Assembly (NCBI GenBank): GCA_002497025.1
Contig: DAMG01000079.1
Span: 55,443 to 97,737, forward strand
Direction: 5' to 3'
Source: Euryarchaeota archaeon UBA126
GTDB lineage: Archaea > Thermoplasmatota > Poseidoniia > Poseidoniales > Thalassarchaeaceae
Length of the DNA stretch: 42,295 nucleotides
This document shows positions 33,763 to 42,295 of this stretch, piece after piece (position 1 is the stretch's first letter; every line of letters begins with the position of its first letter). The notes under the pieces were generated by a model. That model had not been told where the DNA came from. It did no database searches and saw only the letters and a list, made by a program, of their open reading frames with translations. The position numbers and the translations under genes are program-made.

Positions 33763-36700
33763 GTGAATGACCGCCGGCTTGTACTAATTACCCTGTTCAT
33801 GCTCTTACTGAGTGGATGGTCCATAGGTGTCACATCTGCCTCCAGTTCGAACGATCAAGTTGGTTCTGAATATAGCGAAGAGAAAGAATCTGAGATTAAA
33901 TTTCAGCCGTTTTCCAGCGCCTCACACAGTATACATCAATTAAAGACAACTTCAGGATTAATCTATTCACCATACGGTAGTTTTGACCCTATTCTACAAC
34001 CGATTCCTCTCGGTCCAGAAAACATTGTCGATTTTCAAGCACTAGATAGAACTCGATTCGCCCTTGTGCAATCCGAATCAGCGGACTTGACCACACTACA
34101 ACAAAACTTACAGGAGAGGGGTCTAATCGTAATAGAATCAATTCCTGATGACACCCTCATAATCAGAATTCCGATTCAATACAACTCAGCGATAACTCTT
34201 CACGAATTGGGCTCTATGGAGGGGGTAAGATGGGCAGGTGAACTTCCGATTGCATGGAGGGTTAGCCCTGAGGTGGCAAGTATAGCTGGTAGGGAAGCAA
34301 TAACTGTAGATCTCGACATTAGTCCTGCACCTGATTTATCAATCCAAGAACTCAAGCAATTACAATCTGATCTTGAATCTATATCTTCAACTGAAAACTC
34401 TAGAGATATTTGTGACTCTCACCTGTGTCAGTCAAAATCGGTTAACGCAATATGGATTCCGATTCTCGCCATGGATGGACGAATTTTGCATATTCACCAA
34501 GCTTCCAAGTTAACAATACATAATTCGGTTGCAAGTGACATTTCAGGGATTAACCAAGCTCTCGTTAATTCTGCAAATACTCTCAACGGAAGTGGTGAAG
34601 TCATCGCAATTTCCGATACTGGTATCGATGCTGATCATGGCGATTTTGACGGTAGAGTTAGGGGTGTTTACAATCAATTTGGACCCGACAATTCAGCCCT
34701 TGACAGCAATTCTGGCCACGGCACCCATGTGACTGCAACTCTTCTTGGAGATGGGTCTGGTGACGCTTCGGCTTTGGGGATGGTGCCAGCCGCCACATTC
34801 CATTTCTACCAACTAGAAGTAGATTCTTCGGGAATTCTAGCCAGATGGGGTTCTCTGTACGACATGTTCTCTCATGCTTGGCAGAATTCTGCTAGGATTC
34901 AAACTAATTCTTGGGGTAACGAAAATTTAGTTGGAGAATACAGTTCAGATTCACGGTCGGCGGATGCATTCATCGTGGATAATCCTCGCTTCTTAGCCCT
35001 CTTTTCTTCAGGTGATCTTGGTGAAGATGGTGCAAATACTGTCACTCCGCCGGGTTCAGCAAAGAACGTCCTCACCATTGGAGCCTCAACAACTGGTTCC
35101 TTGGGGACAGACCCAGAAGGAAGTGTCCCTTCTTTTTCCTCTAAGGGGTCTACACTGGATGGTAGAATCAAACCAGACCTGGTGGCACCCGGAGTTATGT
35201 TATGCTCAGCTAGGGCTGAGGAGGCAAGTAGTGCGCAAGGTGAGTCCTGTAGTTCTACTACCCATTCCGATGGTTCGACTCCTCTTTACATGGCCCTAAA
35301 TGGTTCTTCAATGGCCACTGCAGTCGCCGCGGGTGGTGCTACAATGGTGCGCCAATATCTTAGAACCGATGCTGGAATTACCGAACCACGTTCTGATTTA
35401 ATCAAGGCATTACTGATTAATGGAGCGGAGGATATTGGTACTGCAAATATTCCTAATCCTTCGGAGGGCTGGGGTCAAATTAACGTTGCAAATTCAATTA
35501 GTCCTAATGAAGATGGGACCGATTTGGATTTATTGTACGATGACAGTCGTGAACTAGATCCTGGACATAGTTTCGTTTACACCTTCACTGTAGACTCGAT
35601 TACTAATTTCGACGTTACTTTAGCCTGGGTGGATTTAGAAGCCTCTACAATCGCAAACCAAAGCGCTGTGAAATTAGTCAACGACCTAGACCTAACAGCT
35701 ACATCTCCTGATGGAACTGTGTACCATGGAAATGTATTTTCCAATGGTTACTCAACAACGGGAGGGATTGCAGATCGATTGAATAATATCGAGAGAATTA
35801 AGATACCAGCAGGAAATTCTGGGGTTTGGACTATTTCTGTTGGTCATGCCGGAGGATTTGCCCAAAGTTTTGCTTTAGTTGCTAGTGGATTATTGCAAGA
35901 GCAATCTGTAGCAGACCTGACAGTCTTTGAAGGCTCATTGAGTACCTCTATTTTAGCACCCTTGCAAGGAGATACAGTCCTAGTAGAGGCCGCCTGGCGA
36001 AACCAAGCATCACAAGCCAGCGGCGCCTATACAATTGAGATTGAGGACCTCACTGAAGGAACTATTCTCTATACCTCCGATAGGACTTCTTTAGGCGGTG
36101 GAGTGACAAACTCTCTATCTTTTCCTCACGTATTCCAAACAACCGGTGAACATCTATTGGAATTGAGGATTGATACTGAAGACACGGTAGTTGAATTAAA
36201 TGATGAAAACAACGGAGTCAACAATAATCACTATCAATTAACAGTCCAAATTTCTCAAATCGGAGTTAGAATAACTCCTCTAATGGAAGATGGTTCGGTT
36301 CCTTCAACTCCATCCGATTTAGAACAGGCATTGACCAAATCATTAGACCCAAGTACAGGTAGTATGCTGACTTACGAATTCATGTTACAAAATGAAGGAA
36401 CTTCTCCTATTTCGGTTGGCCTAACTGTTACTCCTGTTCAGAGGGTTGACGATCAAGGAATTTTACAATCCCCTATTGACGAATGGTGGAAATTACTCAA
36501 CGAAACAGGTCCATGGGACCTCGCAGCATCCGGTGATGTGGGGGACTCAAGAATTGTTACACTAACTTTGGAAGATGTCGATGCTGACTTAGAAAACCCT
36601 GCAGGCCCTAGATTCGCCTTACCTGGTAATTTCGTTAATGACTTGAATATATTTGATAAAGACGCACCAACCATTTCACACACCATCAGGATTACATCTG

Positions 36701-38553
36701 TGGTAGAAAGAGTGGAAGGCCTTTTCACCATTCTAGCAGGAACTGGAAATGACCTAGGGGCCAAACCAGGACAAACTGCAGTATATTCACTATCAATAAG
36801 AAATACAGGTAATGGAGAGACACAATATTCAGTGAGTTGTGATAGCCCTAGTCAATGGATTGTGAACATCGGTACCAGTGGATCTTCATCAGTGGTTTTA
36901 GACCCACTTAGCAGACTACAATTCTTACCGCTTCCGATACAGGTTAGAATACCGGCTGCGGATGCAGGAGAACCAGCCGCAGGAGTTACCGAGGATATCA
37001 CCTGCGTAACTACATCCGTACAAGATTCCTCAGTCTCAAAGACAGATATTGCAACGGTAACAGTCTTCGAGAGTTATGAATTTAAGATTGATTTAGAGGA
37101 TGAAGAAGGCAATGTATTGGGGGCGTTGGCACTTGCAGAAGACCGAGCAGTTCTGAATGGAGATTTGTCTGAAACTTCTGTGATTGTCTCCAATGATGGT
37201 AATATTCGAATGGACTTTACAATGACAGTAAGCTCCTCATTGAATACTTGGGCGGCGCAATTGGTTTATGGTCAACAGCAAACGACCGAACAATTACAAT
37301 TCTCGATTGAGGCTGGGGAGTTTGCAACAGTTACTGTTCAGATGATTGTGCCAGAGAATGCAGAGATGAATACTAGGAACACACTAACAATTCGAACCAC
37401 TCTAATTGATGGTGATATGGTTGTAAACGCAACTCGATTTAATGTTCAGGAAATCGCATCCCTTGATGTATCCGAAGACTCTACTTTCACCTTGTCACTA
37501 GGTCAGACCGGAACCACTGATGTTTGGGTCAGAAATGCTGGAAACGTACCGTTGTCTCTAACTTGGAGTATCGGGACTCTGCCAATAGATTGGGTCGGTG
37601 GCTTCCAATCGCTTATTCCATCGACACTAGATATGAACCGTGAGGCGCTTGTCACAGTTGGTTTGGATGTACCGGGTAATTTACCAGTTGGAATGATGGA
37701 TGTAACCGTTCCAGTAATTGTTGAAGCGATCACTCCAGGAATGGAAACTGTAACTCATACTTTCCAATTAAATGTGGAGATTACACCCTCTATTTTCGTC
37801 GAATTATCTCCCGATTCAATGACTCTGAATGATATCAACTCAGGCTCTTCAGGAACATTCATAATTTCCGTTACTAATTTTGGTAACCAACCTTCTGGAT
37901 TTAGTTTTGAAGCAAGTGAGCTGTCTAATTGGAATGTTGAAGTAGAACCAACATCAGTGGACAATATCGCAATTGGTGAATCTGTAGATATAACGGTGTA
38001 CGCATCTCCACGAAAATCAGCATCACCTGGCCTGGCGAGTTTTGTTATTTGGGCGAACTCTACAGATAATGGAGAAGTTTCTACAATTACAAATACCGAG
38101 ATCACTCTAGAAGTATCCCGTTCTAGAGATGACTCATGTAGTGGCATTGGTTGTTTGATGGTATCACTTGGGCTACCTAAGTGGACTCTTGCGATAGTGT
38201 TCTTAGTAGTCCTATCAGGGTTAGGTGTCGTGCTAGTGCGTATGCGAAAAGAATCTGAAAACAACATGAGTCCAGATGAGGAATTAATTCCAAAGGGTTC
38301 TGCACTTCATTCAGGTTCCAAAACCGAAAGAAGGGCGATGGCTCTAGAAACAGGCTCAGCTGGAGAAGTTTTGAGTAAGTCGGTTAGTGTTGATGAAATC
38401 TCAGATGTTATTTCCTCATCTGCTCCGTCTCTTCCACCTCCAGTACCGGTGCCTCCTGGAGCAATGCCGCTACCACCAGGAGGGTTGCCCGAAGGTTGGA
38501 CAATGGATCAGTGGGTGGCTTATGGTCACCTCTGGTACGAACAGAATACCTGA
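33763..38553 (+). CDS. Large membrane-anchored S8 subtilase with CARDB/Ig-like stalk
   Basis: Signal peptide, propeptide, SDTGID, GHGTHV, NSWG, AKNVLTIGA, DGRIKPDLVAPG, GSSMAT, LVNDLDL, N.GN Ig modules, C-terminal TM, Pro-rich tail. Confidence 0.92.
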   Translation: MNDRRLVLITLFMLLLSGWSIGVTSASSSNDQVGSEYSEEKESEIKFQPFSSASHSIHQLKTTSGLIYSPYGSFDPILQPIPLGPENIVDFQALDRTRFALVQSESADLTTLQQNLQERGLIVIESIPDDTLIIRIPIQYNSAITLHELGSMEGVRWAGELPIAWRVSPEVASIAGREAITVDLDISPAPDLSIQELKQLQSDLESISSTENSRDICDSHLCQSKSVNAIWIPILAMDGRILHIHQASKLTIHNSVASDISGINQALVNSANTLNGSGEVIAISDTGIDADHGDFDGRVRGVYNQFGPDNSALDSNSGHGTHVTATLLGDGSGDASALGMVPAATFHFYQLEVDSSGILARWGSLYDMFSHAWQNSARIQTNSWGNENLVGEYSSDSRSADAFIVDNPRFLALFSSGDLGEDGANTVTPPGSAKNVLTIGASTTGSLGTDPEGSVPSFSSKGSTLDGRIKPDLVAPGVMLCSARAEEASSAQGESCSSTTHSDGSTPLYMALNGSSMATAVAAGGATMVRQYLRTDAGITEPRSDLIKALLINGAEDIGTANIPNPSEGWGQINVANSISPNEDGTDLDLLYDDSRELDPGHSFVYTFTVDSITNFDVTLAWVDLEASTIANQSAVKLVNDLDLTATSPDGTVYHGNVFSNGYSTTGGIADRLNNIERIKIPAGNSGVWTISVGHAGGFAQSFALVASGLLQEQSVADLTVFEGSLSTSILAPLQGDTVLVEAAWRNQASQASGAYTIEIEDLTEGTILYTSDRTSLGGGVTNSLSFPHVFQTTGEHLLELRIDTEDTVVELNDENNGVNNNHYQLTVQISQIGVRITPLMEDGSVPSTPSDLEQALTKSLDPSTGSMLTYEFMLQNEGTSPISVGLTVTPVQRVDDQGILQSPIDEWWKLLNETGPWDLAASGDVGDSRIVTLTLEDVDADLENPAGPRFALPGNFVNDLNIFDKDAPTISHTIRITSVVERVEGLFTILAGTGNDLGAKPGQTAVYSLSIRNTGNGETQYSVSCDSPSQWIVNIGTSGSSSVVLDPLSRLQFLPLPIQVRIPAADAGEPAAGVTEDITCVTTSVQDSSVSKTDIATVTVFESYEFKIDLEDEEGNVLGALALAEDRAVLNGDLSETSVIVSNDGNIRMDFTMTVSSSLNTWAAQLVYGQQQTTEQLQFSIEAGEFATVTVQMIVPENAEMNTRNTLTIRTTLIDGDMVVNATRFNVQEIASLDVSEDSTFTLSLGQTGTTDVWVRNAGNVPLSLTWSIGTLPIDWVGGFQSLIPSTLDMNREALVTVGLDVPGNLPVGMMDVTVPVIVEAITPGMETVTHTFQLNVEITPSIFVELSPDSMTLNDINSGSSGTFIISVTNFGNQPSGFSFEASELSNWNVEVEPTSVDNIAIGESVDITVYASPRKSASPGLASFVIWANSTDNGEVSTITNTEITLEVSRSRDDSCSGIGCLMVSLGLPKWTLAIVFLVVLSGLGVVLVRMRKESENNMSPDEELIPKGSALHSGSKTERRAMALETGSAGEVLSKSVSVDEISDVISSSAPSLPPPVPVPPGAMPLPPGGLPEGWTMDQWVAYGHLWYEQNT

Positions 38554-38600
38554 TAATTCTCAGGCACTGTCTTAAGACCACGAAGCCACTCGGTGAGTCT

Positions 38601-39227
38601 ATGGTAGGGTCAATAGTACTCTTTGGACCACCTGGTGCCGGGAAGGGCACACAAGCCGGTAGGATAGTTGAACTTACCAGTAAACCGCAAGTATCCACAG
38701 GCGATATGTTACGAGCAGCAGTAAAGCTAGAGTCACCAATGGGGCTGGCCGCAAAAGAATACATGGATGCAGGGTTATTGGTGCCCGACGAGGTGATAAT
38801 TGGCTTAATCGAAGAGCGATTACAGGAAGACGACGCCGGCCAAGGAGTACTTTTTGATGGCTTCCCTCGAACCATCCCTCAAGCAGAATCTCTCGAGAAA
38901 ATAGCTACGGTTTCTTCAGTAATTTCAATAGAAGTATCAGATGATGCGATTGTCGATAGAATAGTCGGAAGACGGCTGGATCCGGAAACTGGAGAAATCT
39001 TTCATGTTCAATTCAAACCGGCCCCACCTGAAATTGAAGGTCGACTAATCCAAAGACCAGATGATACCGAAGAAACCGTTAGGTCCAGATTAGAGGCCTA
39101 TCATAATCAAACAGCTCCGTTAGCAGATTGGTACTCAGATAGAGGATTACTAATACGCATAGATGGAAATGCCTCGATTAACCAAGTAGGAGTTTCGGTT
39201 GAACGCGCAATTTCTAGGATTTTATGA
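38601..39227 (+). CDS. adk: Adenylate kinase (bacterial-type family)
   Basis: GPPGAGKGTQA, STGDMLR, GLLVPD, DGFPRT, QRPDD; SD GGTGA before ATG 38601. Confidence 0.95.
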   Translation: MVGSIVLFGPPGAGKGTQAGRIVELTSKPQVSTGDMLRAAVKLESPMGLAAKEYMDAGLLVPDEVIIGLIEERLQEDDAGQGVLFDGFPRTIPQAESLEKIATVSSVISIEVSDDAIVDRIVGRRLDPETGEIFHVQFKPAPPEIEGRLIQRPDDTEETVRSRLEAYHNQTAPLADWYSDRGLLIRIDGNASINQVGVSVERAISRIL

Positions 39228-39236
39228 GGTGTGGAT

Positions 39237-39557
39237 ATGACAGGTCGAAGAAGAGGCCGCAACTCAAAAAATAGGAAAAATAAAGCTGAAGATTCCATCA
39301 ACCACCTGTCCAAATTAATAGTTGGTTCGGACAAGGAAATTTCCGACTTGGCTGCTAGAGATTTACTCAGGGTGTCAAAGCGACATGGTGTAAGGGCCGA
39401 ACGTAATATTCGAGATTTAATCTGTAGATCTTGTAATACGATTTTGAGGCCGGGAGAGAATGCTAGAGTCAGAATTCAAGATGGGATAATAAGGCTCACT
39501 TGCTTAGATTGTGGTAGAGTACATCGTCGAAATATCAACAAGGTGGAAGGTCTATGA
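39237..39557 (+). CDS. rnp4: Ribonuclease P protein component 4 (Rpp21)
   Basis: ICRSCNTILRPGENARVRI...TCLDCGRVHR; SD GAGGTG. Confidence 0.88.
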   Translation: MTGRRRGRNSKNRKNKAEDSINHLSKLIVGSDKEISDLAARDLLRVSKRHGVRAERNIRDLICRSCNTILRPGENARVRIQDGIIRLTCLDCGRVHRRNINKVEGL

Positions 39558-39823
39558 CATCGGTCCCTAATCACATAAAGCGGATGGCTAACGATAGAGC
39601 CCTGATAGTTTCTGCAAGGGTCGGCAGAAATGGACTCACCACTGCTATCATTGAGGAACTAATTGATCAATTAAATAATAGGAGCTTGGTCAAGATAAAA
39701 GCAAACAAGGGGGTTGTTGAAAGTACGGCGGAAAGAATCGAATTATTCTCTGAAATAGCAAAAATGACCGAGTCATCTCTGGTTTTCCATAGGGGTAATG
39801 TAGCAGTATTTTGGAAGCCTTGA
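39554..39823 (+). CDS. YhbY/CRM-domain RNA-binding protein
   Basis: RVGRNGLT, ELIDQL, LVKIK, RGNVAVFW; ATGA overlap with rnp4. Confidence 0.88.
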   Translation: MTSVPNHIKRMANDRALIVSARVGRNGLTTAIIEELIDQLNNRSLVKIKANKGVVESTAERIELFSEIAKMTESSLVFHRGNVAVFWKP

Positions 39824-39864
39824 AGTTAGTATCATCTATATGCTAATCAACATGGGGTTCTACT

Positions 39865-41472
39865 ATGAGCAAGGTATTGAACACGGTGGGTATAAGCCAA
39901 AGGTTGGTTCTACCTACTTTATTGACTACCTTCCTCCTTCCAAGTGTCTTAGGCGCTACTGCTGGTAGTGACCAATGGGTGGCTCCAGAAATGCCTAGTT
40001 GGGCGGTTCCAGCAGCCTTTGCAATCTTGTTGGGTGTTTATGCTCTGATTATCTTTGAATTAGTGCATAGAGCATTAGCTGCTGCAATAGGTGGTGTAGT
40101 CGTGGTGTTAGCGCTCCACGCGATTGGAGATGGTCCCGATTTAGGTACGGTTGTAACCTGGATTGATGAGGAAACCATTGGTCTATTAATCGGTATGATG
40201 GTGATTGTCGATATATTAGGTAAAACAGGTCTATTCCAGTGGGCTGCGGTGCAAGCATATGCCTTGAGTGGAGGCTCGATTTGGAGGCTTTCGATTATCC
40301 TATGTACAATCACCGCTGTATTTTCAGCCTTCTTAGATAATGTAACCACTATCCTTCTAATTGTCCCAGTTACGATACAAATAGCTCGAGTCCTGGATAT
40401 TGAACCAATTCCACTTATTATCGCCGAAGTTATGTTCTCTAATATTGGTGGAGCTGCAACTCAAATCGGCGACCCTCCTAACATTATCATCGGGGCGCAA
40501 CTGTCTCCACAAGCACTCTCGTCGAACGTAATTTTAGCAGACCAAGGCATATCCTTCATTGATTTCATTATTCATGTAGGTCCGGCTGTAGTAATTTGTA
40601 TGGCTCCCTCGTTTTGGCTGTTAAAGAAGTTGGAAATGGATGGTTTGTCAGGAGAAACACATCGCAATGTCGAGTTGTTAAAAATAAGGTATCCAATTAA
40701 AGACTTGGAGTTATTGAAAAAATCTGGAGCGATATTAGCTCTAGTAATATTCGCATTCTTTGCCCATTCAAGTTATCATCATCCAATTTTCACCGTGGCC
40801 ACAATTGCAATTGGTGGTGCTGTACTGATGTTACTGGTAACATCACCCCATCATGTCGAAGAGCAATTAGATTCGGTTGAATGGACGACAATAATTTTCT
40901 TTGCTGGCCTATTCATTATGATTCATGGGCTTGAATACATGGGACTGATCAACGCCATTGCTGAGGGTATATCTGATACGATTTCTCAAGCCGATGAGAG
41001 TAATCGTTTGATGGTAGCAGTTTTGCTGTTACTATGGGTGTCTGCAATTGCTTCAGCATTCATCGACAACATCCCCTACACCGCAACCATGGTCCCAGTG
41101 GTAATTGAATTGGCCTCTAATCCTGAACTAGGATTAGCTCTAGGCCCATTAGCATGGGCACTAGCACTTGGTGCCTGCCTAGGAGGTAACGGCACCATTA
41201 TTGGCGCGTCAGCAAACGTAGTAGCTGCTGGTTTAGCAGAAGAGGCAGGTCATGACATATCCTTCAATAGATTCTTCAAAACGGGTTTCCCGATTATGAT
41301 ACTTAGCGTCACATTGGCAACCGCATATTGTGTTGTAAGATATGCAATAGAATGGTCAAACAACCTTATTCCAATGGCAATCATAGCAACTATGATGGTA
41401 GCCTCCCTTTCACTAACTCCACTAATATACGGCCCACCTCCAAATAGCCCGCCTGACTTTGAATTGGAATGA
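39865..41472 (+). CDS. ArsB/NhaD (IT superfamily, P-protein-like) anion or cation transporter
   Basis: SAFLDNVTT, SNIGGAATQIGDPPNIII, SAFIDNIP, GACLGGNGTIIGASANV; many TM helices. Confidence 0.9.
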   Translation: MSKVLNTVGISQRLVLPTLLTTFLLPSVLGATAGSDQWVAPEMPSWAVPAAFAILLGVYALIIFELVHRALAAAIGGVVVVLALHAIGDGPDLGTVVTWIDEETIGLLIGMMVIVDILGKTGLFQWAAVQAYALSGGSIWRLSIILCTITAVFSAFLDNVTTILLIVPVTIQIARVLDIEPIPLIIAEVMFSNIGGAATQIGDPPNIIIGAQLSPQALSSNVILADQGISFIDFIIHVGPAVVICMAPSFWLLKKLEMDGLSGETHRNVELLKIRYPIKDLELLKKSGAILALVIFAFFAHSSYHHPIFTVATIAIGGAVLMLLVTSPHHVEEQLDSVEWTTIIFFAGLFIMIHGLEYMGLINAIAEGISDTISQADESNRLMVAVLLLLWVSAIASAFIDNIPYTATMVPVVIELASNPELGLALGPLAWALALGACLGGNGTIIGASANVVAAGLAEEAGHDISFNRFFKTGFPIMILSVTLATAYCVVRYAIEWSNNLIPMAIIATMMVASLSLTPLIYGPPPNSPPDFELE

Positions 41473-41525
41473 TTTTTGATTAATCAATACGATACCATCA
41501 AACATCACCATTGGGTAGAACCGTT

Positions 41526-41990
41526 ATGCAAACCTGCTCGGTATGTCTCATGGTTCTGGATGAATCAGGTATTTGCCGTCTTTGTGGAAACGAAGAAAAA
41601 GTAGGGATTGATTCTAAAAATTCACAGGATGCTAAGGGTTCTGTAGATATGCCATTCGGCCTTGGCCAAGATTCGAAACAGGAGCAGCCAACCTTGCCAT
41701 TTGGAATCAATCATGCACCGTCTAACAGTGCAGAATCGGCTCCGGCTAGGTCCACGGAGGATGAGAATAGTACACTTCCTTTTGGATTAGAGCACCCACC
41801 TGATAATGAGAATTCTCAATCTGATCCTGTTGAAGCCGACTTGCAAAAAGAGACCCTGCCGTTTGGTATTGAGGATAGACCTCCTGAAAAAAAGCTAATT
41901 TTTCAAGAAAAATCTACTAAATCTTCAATAATCCCTATTGAAAATTTACCCTTTGGAATTGAACATATTTTTGATAGTACCAATGAATGA
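41526..41990 (+). CDS. Zn-ribbon protein with five [LM]PFG[IL] repeats in a disordered tail
   Basis: MQTCSVC...ICRLCG followed by five PFG motifs with synonymous codon variation; alternative TTG start at 41511. Confidence 0.7.
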   Translation: MQTCSVCLMVLDESGICRLCGNEEKVGIDSKNSQDAKGSVDMPFGLGQDSKQEQPTLPFGINHAPSNSAESAPARSTEDENSTLPFGLEHPPDNENSQSDPVEADLQKETLPFGIEDRPPEKKLIFQEKSTKSSIIPIENLPFGIEHIFDSTNE

Positions 41991-42044
41991 GTCTTTTCGG
42001 CTCTCTATACTGCGTTCTCACCCCTATTCGAATGACCCGCATCG

Positions 42045-42053
42045 TTCATATAC
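42045..42053 (+). promoter_or_regulatory. Putative rRNA promoter TATA box (TTCATATAC)
   Basis: AT-rich box about 30 bp before the first hairpin of the 23S leader. Confidence 0.45.
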
Positions 42054-42074
42054 GGAAGGTAGGTCGCACGCCTG

Positions 42075-42257
42075 CTTTTGGTGCACCCTTGTATGGGCAC
42101 ATACAGGGGGAAGTGGTCGAGAACGCTCCGCCCCGCGGGGAGACGAAGTGTTCTGAGAGACCAGATAGAATCGATATGCCTGGACACCAGAGGAGACGAC
42201 TGAACATGTGTTCAGTCCTCACAAAATAATGTGTTATAGTGGGTATGTAGAAATCAA
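42075..42257 (+). other. Structured 5' leader (external transcribed spacer) of pre-23S rRNA
   Basis: Hairpins at 42086-42109 (GGCA loop), 42114-42163 and 42198-42217, directly before the 23S 5' end; boundaries approximate. Confidence 0.6.
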
Positions 42258-42295
42258 AAATGCTACAACCCGACTGGGGGATGGCTCGGCTCGAG
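42258..42295 (+). rRNA. rrl: 23S rRNA, 5' end only (truncated by the window)
   Basis: GCTACAACCCGACTGGGGGATGGCTCGGCTCGAG matches the conserved archaeal 23S 5' signature (GCUAC...CUGGUGGAUGGCUCGGCUC); exact start uncertain by a few nt. Confidence 0.8.

Noticed and set aside
38496..38600. Extended adk N-terminus overlapping the protease gene
   Set aside because: SD GGTGA and the family N-terminus support ATG 38601
41938..42229. Short ORFs 41938-42156, 41987-42229 and 42005-42187
   Set aside because: They overlap the rRNA promoter and structured leader and have no recognisable protein features

Overview
Densely packed archaeal chromosomal segment. The markers (archaeal uS15, type II GAPDH, ArcS, Rpp21, archaeal GluRS/PheT, RNase HII with PIP box, DnaJ, many large membrane-anchored acidic surface proteins) point to Thermoplasmatota, most likely Marine Group II/Ca. 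Poseidoniales; this assignment is inference. It holds about 29 credible CDSs and ends in a structured leader plus the first ~38 nt of a 23S rRNA gene with no 16S upstream. I saw no CRISPR array, transposase, integrase or tRNA. Most notable: (1) a two-copy intergenic element, CTCGTGTACG plus a 7-bp stem/3-nt loop with compensatory changes, at the same distance upstream of putative promoters of two large envelope-protein genes; (2) a wHTH-STAND-TPR (NLR/MalT-like) protein; (3) a Zn-ribbon protein with five [LM]PFG[IL] repeats; (4) a probable CTG start for pheT; (5) a pyroglutamyl peptidase-Nudix fusion; (6) apparently inactivated RecJ/DHH and glutamate-synthase-like proteins; (7) a subtilase with Asp at the oxyanion position; (8) a bacterial-type TrhO. 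All calls come from reading motifs by eye; no database searches were run.
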